Of a stretch of 64,000 nucleotides of DNA, positions 26,602-39,734 are shown one piece after another. The notes beneath the pieces are model-generated. The model ran no database searches. It was not told where the DNA came from and worked only from the letters and a program-made list of their open reading frames with translations. Both the position numbers and the translations under genes were made by a program. Source of the DNA: Alloascoidea hylecoeti. Taxonomy: Eukaryota. Location of the stretch: the NCBI GenBank assembly GCA_001600815.1, contig BCKZ01000001.1, forward strand, positions 1,894,804 through 1,958,803, read 5' to 3'. Within the stretch, counting starts at the first letter, position 1. Every line of letters begins with the position of its first letter.

Positions 26602-29352
26602 ATGAATTCAAATTCCACCCATTCTTCATGGTCGTTGCTGCCGTTGGTTGGAGGGAAACAATCTTCGCTGCCTCCGCTGTTCACGGCAAATAGTAAACAT
26701 GTTCTAATCTTCTTTCCTTATGAAATTCGTGTTTATTTCATCAGTACAAAACAATGTATCAGAACAATAAAACTACCTGATGAAACATATGTTGATGCTA
26801 AGCTAGATTCATCAGATCCAAATTTATTATGGTTATTTAGAGAAACCGGTGCTGTTATTATTATAAATTGGAAAGAAAAATCATCAAATTTAGATGCAAG
26901 TACAGATTTAAATTTAATTATTGAAAAATCTTTTGACTTGGGAATTACTGTCGACTCAATTATAAGGATTTATAATAATGGGAAATCAGTTTTATTATTA
27001 AGTTCTCAAAGCGAATCTCCAAATGATATTCAAAATGTCGATGATAGTACTAAATTAAATGGTTCAGCGGTTACAACTACACCTACAACTGATACTACAA
27101 CTGCAGAAATAACTACAGCTACAACTACAATTATTACAAAAGATAAGAAGAAACAGAAAAATAAAAAAAATAAAAATGTTAAATATTTAATTAGCCTTAC
27201 TTTAGACGAAAAAAGTAATGATGAAAAAAATTGGATCATTCATGAAATTAGTATAGTTTCGGGTCTTAAACAATACTCATTATCAAATAATTTAAAATAT
27301 TTGATTTTTGCTGCTTCTGCAAAGAAAAAGAAAAATAAAGAAGATGTTTTTATTATTCAAGCAATTGAATTATCTTATAATGAGAGTGATAATGAAGGAG
27401 TAGGATCTACAAAAATAGTCAGATCAGCAACAATATCAGATTCAAATAAGCAAATATCATCATTAGCTATATCAAATACTGGCATAGTTGCAATTGGTCA
27501 TTCAAATGGCCCAATTGAAGTGGTATATTCTTTTGCAAATAAATTAGTTATTAATGATAATAAATATTCAAGATTATTAAAGTGGCATGCGGATTCGGTT
27601 TTTTCTCTACAGTTTTCCTTAGAAGGTAACTATTTATTATCTGGTGGTAAAGAAAAAGTTTTAGTATTTTGGCAATTAGAAACTGAAAAGACTCAATTTT
27701 TACCCAGATTACCAAATGATATTCGAAATATCATAATTGATAATAATAATGAAATGTATGCTTTATCTCTTGGTCCTAACTTTGAAGATACTTTAATCTT
27801 ATCCTCTATTGAATTAAGTAGTCGTTTGTTGGTTAGTAGTGTTAAAGCAACATTTAATAAACAGCTACCTCAATTGCAATTACAAGAGAATAATAATATT
27901 ATTGTCAGTAAGAAAAACAAAAACAAAAACAAAGTTATTGATAGTAATAAATATAAAAAAGATATAATCACAAAACCAAAAGATTATACAACTTCATTTA
28001 AAATCCACCCAATCACTAAATATTTATACTTTCCAAGTAGTTCAAATACCGCTCAAATTCAAATATTTGATACTATCAAAAATGAACAATGTTATATTCA
28101 AACGATCTCAGATATAATTCAAACCGGTAAAATTTTAAATGAAGAAAAATTAAAAGATCCAAAGATTAAGTTTATTGAATTCACTAAAAATGGTGATTGG
28201 ATGGCAACTATTGATGAAAGGGAATCATCTCCAATTGATAATTTATTATCACAAAATGATATTGAAATAAACTTAAAATTTTGGAAATATAAATCATCAA
28301 ATTCAAATATAAATAATAGTAAAAAGAAACATAATAATATAAGTGATATAAATATTAACGAATGGGAATTAGCAACAACGGTTTCATTCCCACATGGATT
28401 TGGTAAACCAATAGTTTCAATTATTTCTGCACCATCTTCATTTTATAATGGTTTAGCATTTTTAACTGCTGATAGTTTTGGTGGTATTAGATTATGGAGA
28501 CCAAGATTACCAAAAAAAATTGATATTGAAGATAAATCAGTTCGAAATTTTAACGAAACAACATGGTCTATACGTAAAATTATACCATCTGGTTCATTAT
28601 CTTCATTGGCTGTTTCATTAAGTTGGTCTGAAGACTCAAGTTTCATTATTCATGGATTTGAATCATCACTTCATCTGATCGACACTAGTGCCTTTGAAGT
28701 CAATAATAATTATACTATTCCACCCATTCTCGGTTCAAGAATCAGATCTGTTAATATTTTAGGTCCATATATAGTCGCATTATCAAAGACAAGACTTGTG
28801 ATTTGGGATATCTTAACAAATAGTTTGGCATGGTCTGCTAGAATCTTCACCCCAGCCCATGGTTGTAATCTAATTGCCTTTGATATAAAAGAAAACTTAT
28901 TTGCACTTGCAGTTAATTATTTCTCACCAAGTGATAATGAAAATAAATCAAAATTAATGATATTTGCTCCAAATTCCCCACTACCTCTTCACATTCAATC
29001 CAATGAGCATATCATTTCTGCTGTTGAATCATTAGGTGATGGAAGTTTCATATTTGTTGATATTAATAGTAAAATCGGTATATTAAAAGACAGAAGTCTT
29101 TTGAAAGAATCAAAGGATGACATAGATGAAGATGAAGAAAATATTGAAATTGCTGCTTTATATGAAAGGGCTAAATCTATTAATGACATTGTTGGTATCA
29201 ATGCTCGAAATAAAGATGATGAAGAATTTGATGAAGATGATGAAAAGAGAAACATCTTAGGGGTTCATTCATTCGATCCTGTGTTTGATAATTCAGAAGG
29301 CGCTTCATTAGAAGCACTATTTGAAAATGTTTTACATGTAATTGGAAATTAA
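26602..29352 (+). CDS. NAN1: t-UTP WD40 subunit Nan1/Utp17 (WDR75)
   Basis: First ATG at 26602. VGG near the N-terminus, RLLKWH..V.SL.FS..GNYLLSGG.EKVLVFWQLET.KTQFLPRL, DWMATIDE, INLKFW. Confidence 0.88.
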   Translation: MNSNSTHSSWSLLPLVGGKQSSLPPLFTANSKHVLIFFPYEIRVYFISTKQCIRTIKLPDETYVDAKLDSSDPNLLWLFRETGAVIIINWKEKSSNLDASTDLNLIIEKSFDLGITVDSIIRIYNNGKSVLLLSSQSESPNDIQNVDDSTKLNGSAVTTTPTTDTTTAEITTATTTIITKDKKKQKNKKNKNVKYLISLTLDEKSNDEKNWIIHEISIVSGLKQYSLSNNLKYLIFAASAKKKKNKEDVFIIQAIELSYNESDNEGVGSTKIVRSATISDSNKQISSLAISNTGIVAIGHSNGPIEVVYSFANKLVINDNKYSRLLKWHADSVFSLQFSLEGNYLLSGGKEKVLVFWQLETEKTQFLPRLPNDIRNIIIDNNNEMYALSLGPNFEDTLILSSIELSSRLLVSSVKATFNKQLPQLQLQENNNIIVSKKNKNKNKVIDSNKYKKDIITKPKDYTTSFKIHPITKYLYFPSSSNTAQIQIFDTIKNEQCYIQTISDIIQTGKILNEEKLKDPKIKFIEFTKNGDWMATIDERESSPIDNLLSQNDIEINLKFWKYKSSNSNINNSKKKHNNISDININEWELATTVSFPHGFGKPIVSIISAPSSFYNGLAFLTADSFGGIRLWRPRLPKKIDIEDKSVRNFNETTWSIRKIIPSGSLSSLAVSLSWSEDSSFIIHGFESSLHLIDTSAFEVNNNYTIPPILGSRIRSVNILGPYIVALSKTRLVIWDILTNSLAWSARIFTPAHGCNLIAFDIKENLFALAVNYFSPSDNENKSKLMIFAPNSPLPLHIQSNEHIISAVESLGDGSFIFVDINSKIGILKDRSLLKESKDDIDEDEENIEIAALYERAKSINDIVGINARNKDDEEFDEDDEKRNILGVHSFDPVFDNSEGASLEALFENVLHVIGN

Positions 29353-29676
29353 ATACAATACCATATAGAATTGAAAATTGCATGCAATAATATTAATCAT
29401 TTTGTCTTGTAACATAATATATAAGTTTTTATATACAAAATATCAATAATTAATAGCATATATCATTCGATATGATATAACAGTATATATGTAAAATTCA
29501 GTGTAAAATTATATATTCTCAATAAAATAATGCGACAGTTTTTGTGTTTCGTTATTTTCAAATAATTAGGGTTTTTCAATATTAATATTTCAATTGCAGG
29601 ATGAGATTTTCCACACTACTACTAGGGTTAATATTTAACTTATCAACTCTACATTCTCCACATTTTTCAACCCTTT

Positions 29677-32600
29677 ATGGATTTATCTAGAGACACATTA
29701 CTACAGACACTAGGCGAGGCCAGTAGCCAGGTTCATGGTGAAGCTCAAAAATCAGCCGAATCCATGTTAAAAAGTTGGGAAAAGATACCTGGTTTTTTCT
29801 TTTGGCTACAGGTAAGAAATTTTTTTAAAGATAATAAACACGACTTTACCACATACTTCAGAACACTAACAAGAGTAATTCTTGTTTCAGGATATATATT
29901 TAGATGATTCTTTACCTCTATCTGTTCGATGGTTAAGTATTATTCTGTTTAAAAACGGCGTTGATAAATATTGGAGAAAATCCCGTGTGAAGTATGTTTT
30001 TATTCATTTTACATTTATATAAATTCTCACTAACACCGTTTTATACCTCTTCAGCGCAATATCAAAAGTAGAAAAAGATCAAATTCGTACTAAAGTATTT
30101 AACCAACTAGCTGAACCCAATCGTCAATTAATGGCCCAAAATGCTTTTGCAATTTCAAGAATATGTCGTTATGATTTCCCGCTTGAATGGCCTACACTAT
30201 TTGATGATCTGCTTTCTATAATAAATTCTATAACAGAGGAAATGAATTTAATAAAAATATATAATCTGCTTTTAAGTTTGAATCAAATAATTAAGGCAAT
30301 TGCAAATACAAGAATTGGAAGGTCTAGAGCATTTATGCAAAAAAGTGCCCCAAAATTGGTTGAAATAATTGGAAATCTTTATTCAACTTTTGTTACAAAA
30401 TGGATGAACAATTTCGATTTAGCTCTAATGGAGGTTGGTTATCTTGCTCTTAAAGTCACTCGCCGCATAATTGTTGATGGCTATGAATATGCAAATAGGG
30501 GTCCTGAAGCTGTAAGCTTCTTTGAATTAACGGTCTCTCATTTGCAAGCTTTAATAGAGCAACATGATCAATATTCCTCTGATATTTTAGAAAGATATGT
30601 TAAAGCGTATGGAAAACTATACTATTTACTGCTTAACAATCAACCAACATCGTTTGCTTTGATGCCAAGTGCTTCTACGGTTTTAATGACATATCTGACG
30701 GTTTCAGAATCTAAAGCTCCTAACATCATAAATGAAACTGAAGATCATGAATTCTGGGAACAGGTGGTTATTCGTGGGTTTTTAATTGTTAAAAGAACTG
30801 TTGGATTCATTCAAAAAAAGGGTGCAATCAGTTTAAAATCAAGAGATAATAAGGATAAAGATGAAATTAGAAAAGGAATTGAAAAATTAAAAGCAGAAGT
30901 ATTCAAAGAAGATCTCATTAAACATTTAGCCGATATTATTATTCAATCATATCTAAGACTTAGGCCATCTGATTTAGATTCATGGCAATCGGAACCAGAA
31001 GAATGGTTTCAAGAAGAAATGAAAACAAGTTGGGAATTTCAAATAAGACCATGTGCTGGGAATTTATTATCAGATATTATGCTCAATTATAAATCCTATT
31101 TATCGGATTATATTCTTGAGTATTTGAAAAGAGTCGCTGGCCCAACAAGTTCAGTTGATATCCTTTCAAAAGATTCAATTTATACGGCTTTTCAACTTGG
31201 TTCTAGTGCCTTTTTTGATACTGTGGATTTTGATACATTACTTCCTGAATTGTTCATCCCCGAATCTTTAATCTCAAACACACCAGAATGTAAAATTGTG
31301 AGATGGAGAGTCTGTAATATTATTTCTGATTGGGTATCTGTAAAATGTTCCGCTCCCAACCGCGTGGAGATTTATAAACTTGTTTTGAGGTACTTGGATA
31401 CTTCTGATCCATTGAACGATACAGTGGTGCAATTATCTGCTGTTATGGCTTTACGATATACTGTTGATGAATGGAATTTTGTGTTAGATGACTATTTACC
31501 CTTTCTTGGGACTCATCTAGAACTTCTATTTGGATTATTAAATAGGGTTAGGTTGCTTGATACAAAGCTTTTCCTCCTTAATGTTGTTGCTGTAATTACA
31601 GAGAGAGTTGGAGTTGAAATTAGACCCTATGCTAATCAATTGCTAAAAACTCTACCAGACTTTTGGGAGACTTCTGGTGATACGCATATGATCAAATTAT
31701 CTATAATACATACGATCAAGAATCTCTGTCAATCTTTAGCAAATGATTCAGCAGTGTGTCATGATTTGGCAATAAATGCAATTAAAGTAGGGTGTGACAA
31801 GCAATCGGAATTATATGTTTTGTTAGCTGAAGATGCTTTTGTGTTGTGGCAAACCGTTTTAAAGTATGCTCCAGAACCAACTGATGATTTATTATCTCTT
31901 ATCTCGTTAACTGGAGTTTGTTTGGAAGAATCGTCTGAAAATATAGCGATGGTTATTGGTATTATTAAAAGCTACGCTCTTTTATCCCCAAGATCTTTCA
32001 TTTCTGACTATGGTGAAGAAGTCTTTAAGATATTTTCTAATTATTTACCTAAGATGCGAGATTATTCAGTTCAATCGTTATCCGAACTGGTTGAAATTCT
32101 AGTTGTTTGTTGTGATTTAGAATCAGTTGCTCAATTGTTTATTTCTAGTGGGTTCATGGAAGCAATGATGACATATGTTATGGATAAAGATGAATCACCT
32201 TTTAATGTGGTTTTATTTTTAAATATATTTTCTAGGGTTTCATTTGGAAATGCAGATTTGTTTCTTCAAATGGTTGCTCATGTTAGTAACAATAATCCTG
32301 ATACTTTGTCTTTATTATTTGATACCTGGCTTGATAAATTCGATAACATTGGTCCTCCAAGTTCACGTAAATTAAATGTTTTGGGTCTTTCATCATTTCT
32401 CAAAGTAAATAATCCTTTAATCTTATCAAAACTTGGGTCACTATTAAGTATCTGGGGAGGAGTATTTGAAGAAATTAACGAGGTTGATGGTGATGCACCG
32501 ATATATCACCTTAATGATTTTACTGAAGAATCATCACCATCTGCGGAAGATATCCGGAGAAGAGATATCTTCAAAACAGATATAATTCACTCGGTTGGAT

Positions 32601-32737
32601 TCGTTAAATATTGTTCTGAGTGCCTTAATACTGCAATCGAAAATAACGGCGGACAAGAAAGATTTAAAGAACAATATATGTCCCAAATTAATTCTGTAAT
32701 ACTAGAACAGATTGAAATAATGATGAGTAAAGCATAG
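29677..32737 (+). CDS. KAP120: Importin-beta family karyopherin (importin-11-like), 2 introns
   Basis: Introns 29812-29890 and 29992-30054 restore the IBN_N domain (AE..LK.WE..PGF, VRWL.II.FKNGVDKYWRK). Also RYDFP.EWPTLF and YLRL...DL..W..EPEEW. Confidence 0.9.
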
Positions 32738-32934
32738 TTTATTCTGTTAAAATGTTGCAGAGTTATACAATTGTTTTTATATAAGTTAGCCAAATAATAC
32801 TATTTCATAGATATATCTAGATGCGTTGCTATGGGAACTAATAACATCCATACACATACCCATCCTGATATCAAAACACGAAAAGTAAACATCCAAAAAT
32901 TAAATCAATATAATTTCAGGGTGATTTCAACCAA

Positions 32935-35117
32935 ATGCTCAAAAGAACAGTCCCGAGGACACAAGGGGTATGAATTCTTATTGTAGTGTGGTATTTAAGG
33001 TATGAATCATGTGGCAGAGTGGAATACTAACTGGATTATAATAATTATAGAATCTTAACCTTGTTGAGACAATTAAGAATAGAAATTTTGAAATAAAACT
33101 TCATCTTCATGAATTGGGAGAATCACTTAGGAATATCCAAACCACTAAAAAGAGTGGTGATGAGATATTATTTGAAATTGTACAATGTAAGAAAGAATTA
33201 CAAGCATCAGAACGTGAATTAAATGCCTTAAAAGTAGATATTAGACAGAAAAAAGACAACAAAGACCCAAATTATTTTTATGATAATGATGATAATCTAT
33301 CAGATGAGGATTTGACAGAAAATGAGTTGACATTAAAGTCCTTGACTTCGTTACAGCAGGATATATTTAATAAATTCATTAAAGAGACCCCAAAAACATT
33401 AAGTGAAGCAAGATGGGAAAACCAGCAGGCGCGGAGAGCGCTTTTCAATGCAATTTCAAATGTTGATGATTCAGTTATTGGTGTATCCATGAAGAATTTA
33501 GGAACTCATATGGGGGCCGGTCAAACAGATACTACGATAAATCGGATTGAAGAAGAATTAAAGAAAAAGAAGATAAATGATCACAAATCTGATTTCCATC
33601 AAGAGAATCAAGTGAAAGAAGTCAAGGGGATGAGTTCTACTTTCCTGAGTAAGAATACGAAATCAACAACACATGTAGAAAAGGAAATAGCGGCTCCGGG
33701 TGAGGTTATCAAAAAGATAGCAAATAATAAAGGAGAAGAATTAGAACGACTAAGAGAAGAGTTAAGATCTAAACTGGCAGGGGTCATAGATCAATCAAAA
33801 TCTCCATCTAACGTCAATAAAACAAGTAATAAAAAGCGAAATGAAATTCAATCGTCAGTGAATAAAGATAAGCATATATCAACTCCTCCTACTTCTATAA
33901 AATTACCATCCTCCTCAGACCCTTTTACGAAAGGTTATATTGGGACCGCAATTAAAACTTCACCTACCTCATCTACTATTCATCTATCATCACCAGATAA
34001 ATCGTATAAAGACAATTCATTATCATCTCCTCGACAAGGCCTAAGATCTAGGTCTAGATCAAGATCAAGATCATCTACTCCAGCAAAAGTAACAGAGTCC
34101 AAAGATAATGTAAAACCCCTACCTCAAGTACAGACCCAGATGCAGACCCAATCACACACTCAACCTCCTAAATCTTCGAATATTTCGTCATATATTACAA
34201 ATAAAAGTAATGAAATATCACATTCTGATAACTTTATATCGTTTGAAAGTGATAATGAATTTAAATTTTTATCGGCCGAAGTTAAAATGTTACAACAAGA
34301 AAAACGAAAATTAAATGAAGAAAATAAATCATTAAAAAAAAAACTTGACCAAACACGAAAAGCACTAAATGAAGAGATATCTACAAATAGAAAATTAAAG
34401 AGTAGCCCTAACAGTAATAAACTGATACCATCATCCGCTAAGTCAGAATCATCATCAATAATATCTGAAATATGCTCTATAATTGGTGTAAATGAAGAAT
34501 TTATTAAAAATGGAAACAGAGATATATTAATACATCGGATAAGAGATTTGATAAATGAGGATAACAATAGTGCTAAACCTCAATTGGAAACAAGACGAAA
34601 CGATTCTCCTGTTGGTTTCGAAGAAGCGAAAATATTATATGAAGAAAGGATAAATATGATGAATCGAACATTAAAACAAGTTGTAGATAAAAATACTATT
34701 TTACAAAATGAAATTGGAATAATGAAAGAAAAAGCCAACAACGGGTTGACACATAATAAACCTTCTAATTCATCTTCAAATAAAGAATGGCAATATCGTA
34801 TGAAACATACTAAACAAGTTGAACAAATCAATGATTTGCGATTTATACAAAATTTTTTAACAAAACAGGTTGAAAGATATGAAATCAATAGTCAGAAGCG
34901 ACTTCAAATATTAAGGGAATTGAATATTATTGATGATAAAACATTAAAACAGATTATATTCTTTAATGAAAATACATCTATCTATAGGATGACAGCGAAA
35001 AAGAAGCTTAAATGCGTTATACTTTCTGTTATAGCTACAATACGAATTAGAAACAGATTACGATTGAATAACAAAAGGAAGCAGAAGGTATTAACGCATA
35101 TAAATGAAAATCGGTAA
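32935..35117 (+). CDS. Coiled-coil spindle pole body / gamma-tubulin receptor-like protein (Spc110/Pcp1-type; CM1 + PACT), 699 aa, 1 intron
   Basis: Exon 32935-32967, intron 32968-33050 GTATGA..TACTAAC..TAG. N-terminal IKNRNFEIKLHLHEL resembles CM1. C-terminal DLRFIQNFL...LQILRELNI...KKLKCVILSVIATIRIR resembles PACT. Confidence 0.7.
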
Positions 35118-35285
35118 GACGAATTTATATATTCTAAAATCTTAATCAATGATGGGTAATGATAGTAATAATATCAATGTATGTTATAATATTTTTTGTG
35201 CTATATATTTTAGTCACAACATTTTTAAATGTATTTTAACTATACTTAATGAAAAGGTAACCATTAATATTATAATTGTCTATAG

Positions 35286-36581
35286 TTAGTTGGTCTTCAA
35301 GGAAAATTTTAAAGTAAAGTCAACAGATTTGCTTGAACCTGGAGAAATAGTAATTTGGGATCCGCTACTTGGTGCAGAATCAGCTGTAAAAGATGAACTT
35401 CCACTGTATGTAATCAAACTGTCCTGAAGATTAAAATCCCCTGCGTTATTTTCATTCAGACATGATAAAGAATTGTTAATAATATCACAATATCCTTTAG
35501 ATGTTTTTAACTTGGTATTACCAAATCCATCAGATTCAAGAGTATATGTAGCACATGATGAAGTTTCAAACCATTTTCCGTTACTAATGAGGCATGTTCC
35601 ATCATGATTTGGAATTTGAATGTAACCTTCCTGACTGCCTGATGAAGCAGAGGTTGAAGTAGAATTGACCTTTGGTGGATATTTTATGCCTGTTGAAGGA
35701 CAGTTAGAAGTAGTAACTGAGTCTATAGGTTTAAACGTTCCATACTGGATTGGTCCTTGAACATAATAATAATAGTACACTTCAGAAATCGCATTATTTT
35801 TATCACATCCAATATAAGCTGTCTTACCATCAAACCCACTTGAAAGAGCGGAGACAAGTGCATCATATGAATACGTAGTGTCGCTCGATGGAGTAATTCC
35901 TGCATTCTTGAAGAATTTATAAGTATCCAAATTCTTAAATAGTCTGACAACTGTGCTATAGTAATCCACAGCGATTTGATCAATGATTGCTTCTGTTGTT
36001 GAAGAGCTGGAGCCGTCGGTATAACAATCGGGAGATAACGTTGAAATACAAGTGCCATGCTTATTAAACTCATGAAGCCATAAAGAAGAATCATTACCTT
36101 GGTAATCCTTCCAGGCATATTCCATGTAACTGAGCAATTCGGTCTGTCCAGTGGATTCTAGAATACCTTTAGGGTCCGATATTTCCATGTTTGCATTGCA
36201 ATATTGTGAGTAAGTCCCATCGCAATTATCTGGCCAAAGACCGTGAATTGTGAATAAATCATCCGGGCCGGTGGCTGGATTATAATCCCAAAATTGTGTT
36301 TGCAAGAGTAAACCACCAGGAGATTCATAACAACAAGTATTGATGGTATCTGATCCAATACTGCAAGAAAATGGAATATCAGAAGGGCAAGATCCATTTG
36401 GGTATATCATGTGTGCACCACCAGTGCTAGTGCCAGTGGTCGTTGAAATTGCCTCATCGCAAGCAATGTACTTAGTCGTAGTGGTAGTTTCAACTTTCCT
36501 AAATGTGGTATAAATGATGGAGGTGTCATCTGCGTTTACCAATTGCAATATTGAACATAATAACTGAATTTCTAGAAGCAT
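35286..36581 (-). CDS. RNY1: Secreted/vacuolar ribonuclease T2
   Basis: Signal peptide, CAS I FTIHGLWPDNC, CAS II WLHEFNKHGTC, and the fungal C-terminal extension (CLISNGKW). Confidence 0.96.
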   Translation of the reverse strand: MLLEIQLLCSILQLVNADDTSIIYTTFRKVETTTTTKYIACDEAISTTTGTSTGGAHMIYPNGSCPSDIPFSCSIGSDTINTCCYESPGGLLLQTQFWDYNPATGPDDLFTIHGLWPDNCDGTYSQYCNANMEISDPKGILESTGQTELLSYMEYAWKDYQGNDSSLWLHEFNKHGTCISTLSPDCYTDGSSSSTTEAIIDQIAVDYYSTVVRLFKNLDTYKFFKNAGITPSSDTTYSYDALVSALSSGFDGKTAYIGCDKNNAISEVYYYYYVQGPIQYGTFKPIDSVTTSNCPSTGIKYPPKVNSTSTSASSGSQEGYIQIPNHDGTCLISNGKWFETSSCATYTLESDGFGNTKLKTSKGYCDIINNSLSCLNENNAGDFNLQDSLITYSGSSSFTADSAPSSGSQITISPGSSKSVDFTLKFSLKTN

Positions 36582-36586
36582 GATTT

Positions 36587-36620
36587 GATGACTAAATATA
36601 TGAGATGACTAAATATATGA
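36587..36620. repeat. Perfect 17-bp tandem duplication GATGACTAAATATATGA x2 immediately upstream of RNY1
   Basis: Read directly at 36587-36603 and 36604-36620. Confidence 0.9.
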
Positions 36621-38986
36621 GAAAAGGAAATTGAGGTAAAAGAGAACTATATATATTTTAGGCATATGCTTTCGAATTCATATTATGCATGTAGAACAAA
36701 GATATAAAATTGGTTTGCGGCACGTTTTATCTCAAGAAAAGAGAACATTAACTTATAACATATCCTTTTTTTTGGAGTTTTTTTAATATGATGAAATTCA
36801 GCTTTTCCCACCTAATTAGGGCCTTACAGCTGAACGGCACAGTCTACATCTAAAAAGATAACGCACTACAGTGTTTCCACTTAATTAACAGTATCATCAT
36901 ATGTATTTCCGCCGACGGAAACCAACTGCTTTCTTTTTTTATTTACTTGATTATATTTTTCAACTATGATTGCAAAAGTGTACTATGGTAACCTTATACT
37001 GTAAGCCTACAGTATATAAGTCTTATAAGTTTTTTGATGATCAGCACATAGTAAAAAAAATGAATCCCTCATTCATATACAACTGGAGTTTTTCCATTTC
37101 TTCGAATTCGTAGCATAATTAGCGAAAATTTGGAGGATTAGCATGCAATAAATAATTAATGTATTGGCTATATATTCCTTCAAAAGTCAATAAAATAGTT
37201 GGAATATTCGAAAGATACATACAGTGTAAGTTTTTTTTTTGATTAATTTTGGTATCTTTATATTCTTTCGCTAAGATAGAAACAAATTTTCATAAGTGTC
37301 TTCACATGACACACAAAATTTCGAGCATATTTTGGCTATCAGAGAGAGTTATCCAATGTCCTCGACAAGAACGAGGGGACTCTTATAAAACAAATTCAAT
37401 AATTGGGACTAGGATGGAGTCACCCGACCGCTCTTGTTCTCACTCGTACCAAAGATAATTTTTTTTGACAACAAAAATTGGTGGAACATCTATATAATAT
37501 CGATTATTTTTCAATATTTTACCGAAATTTTGTGTTGTAAGGTACAATACTGCAGCGTCCATGTTGCAGTGATTGAAAATGAGTTCGCAATTAAACATAT
37601 AATTAATTAATCAAGCCATTGATATCACAACGATTATCAGAAGCGTTATAATTCAAATAGCCCTTGATCTTGACCTTATATACCGGTATAGATAAATATT
37701 GATAGATAACATGCACCCCAGGGCATAATTAATATATATATTTCAAATAATTTACAATAAGAATGCGTGTAAAAATTCAGTTTGACATTGTATCGCTATC
37801 TCAATATCACAACCCCTAAGAAAAACCACTGCAATTTAAAATTGATCTTCAATATAACTGGCTATGTTTCTAATCATTCCCGGAGTTAGCTTTAATATAT
37901 TAATTATAATCAAGAGTCTTATTTTCTTCCTTTGATACAATAGGTTGCAACTAAAAAGCAAGTATAAAGTAGGATCTGAGATACAGTCGGTGGAGAATCA
38001 TATTGCAGTTTTTAATGTATTCTCCTCAATTATAAGATTGTAAGCTGGTACTCTTTTAGATTTATATCTCTGAAACTTTTTTTGACTGTGATATTTTCTG
38101 GATTTGGCTCTAGTTAAGGCATTTTTGACATTATAATAATTTATAAGTTAATTACGGTAGCTGTAGGCTCTTGTTTATACCAACATATATATAATATATA
38201 GTATATATGTTATTTCCATATATTTAACTGGGAAGAGGATATGCGATTGCAATTTTAGTTAATTACAATTAATAAATGTATATAGTAAGCTATGAAATCA
38301 GCTCGCACACATTTAGTGTATTATTCAAAAAAAGATTAAAAGGTGACAGTCGCTCTTCTATTAAATAGGCAATATTAATCAATCGGAATTATACATAACA
38401 TCATGATCAATTGGAATTGAAGAAAAATGATTCAGTGATCGTCTTCGTAAACAAAATCTGTTTCAAACTCTGCTATGTCTGTCACTTGATGAAGAATCAG
38501 CCACAGCCGAATTTTTCGTGTCACACTCACTCTCAAAAGTGTGGATTATAGGGTTCAAAAAAAATTAAGCAATGAATCCACATGTGTATGCAGCTAACGT
38601 TAACTATAAATTAGATAATGTAATGCACGCCTTCAGGATTACTTTTCACAAGTAGAAACTAAGCTTAGGATCATGACAGATTAATATTATATAGCATTAT
38701 CAAATAAAAACTACATTTTGTCAATAGAACTACTCCGTTATTCTACCAACTTGTAAATTGAAATAAGAAATACGCGTATATGTTGGCAGTGTTTTCCTCG
38801 ATCTTATACATTGCCAAGAAAGCTTGGTATGCATATAGTCTAACTATAATTAAAATTATTTCCACCAGTTAGAATAAATCGCTCCTTCTCATTCTCAAAC
38901 TATTTAAGCTCAAAATATCTCTTTCCCCGGCCTCTCGAATTCACTTCTAAACATTTCACCTCCATCTACGACTATCAATTATAACT

Positions 38987-39217
38987 ATGAGCCAACAGCA
39001 ATATTATCCACCACCACCACAGGGTGCTTATTACCAGCAGGGTCCTCCACAAGGTTACCAGCAGCAGGGTTATGCCCCACAAGGTTATGCTCCGCAACCA
39101 CAACCCATTATTATTCAACAACAACCTCAAAGACAAGACAGTGGCTGTTGCACCGGCTGTCTTGCAGCCTTATGTTGTTGCTGTGCTATGGAAGAGTGCA
39201 TAGACATTTGTGCTTAA
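38987..39217 (+). CDS. CYSTM-family Pro/Gln/Tyr-rich protein with a Cys-rich membrane anchor (76 aa)
   Basis: PPQGY repeats followed by [21 protein letters not shown]. Confidence 0.92.
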   Translation: MSQQQYYPPPPQGAYYQQGPPQGYQQQGYAPQGYAPQPQPIIIQQQPQRQDSGCCTGCLAALCCCCAMEECIDICA

Positions 39218-39734
39218 GCATCGATATAATGTGATCAAATTTTATAAATTGTCGTGGAACCTGTAACTCGTCACATCAGGATCGGGAAGATTAAAGAGAG
39301 GTTACATATGTATATATGCTTCTCTAAGAATCTATAAATATTGCTTCAAATTCTTATATATTAGAGAATATATTACCTTTAATATAAATGATATTTGATT
39401 TTCATTAATGTGTCCAATCCGAGCATTCTAAATTTAAGATATAACAAAAATGTTTTAGCTAATGAGCTTAAGGCTTTAGGCCAACCGAATACTACGACTG
39501 AATGAGATCAGTTTAGCTCTCAAGTTTAAGATAAATTCAATGATTTATAACTGTGACTTCAATGGTAATTATTTACCTACTATTGTAATTTGATAATTTC
39601 CTTTCAAATATTTACCAGTTTCAAACACATTAATATAATTAAAACCAAGATGCTCACAAGATCGGCATGCGACTTCTAACAACACATAAATATATCCAAA
39701 TCAACTTTGAAATTGTAGGATAGTTAATTAGATT

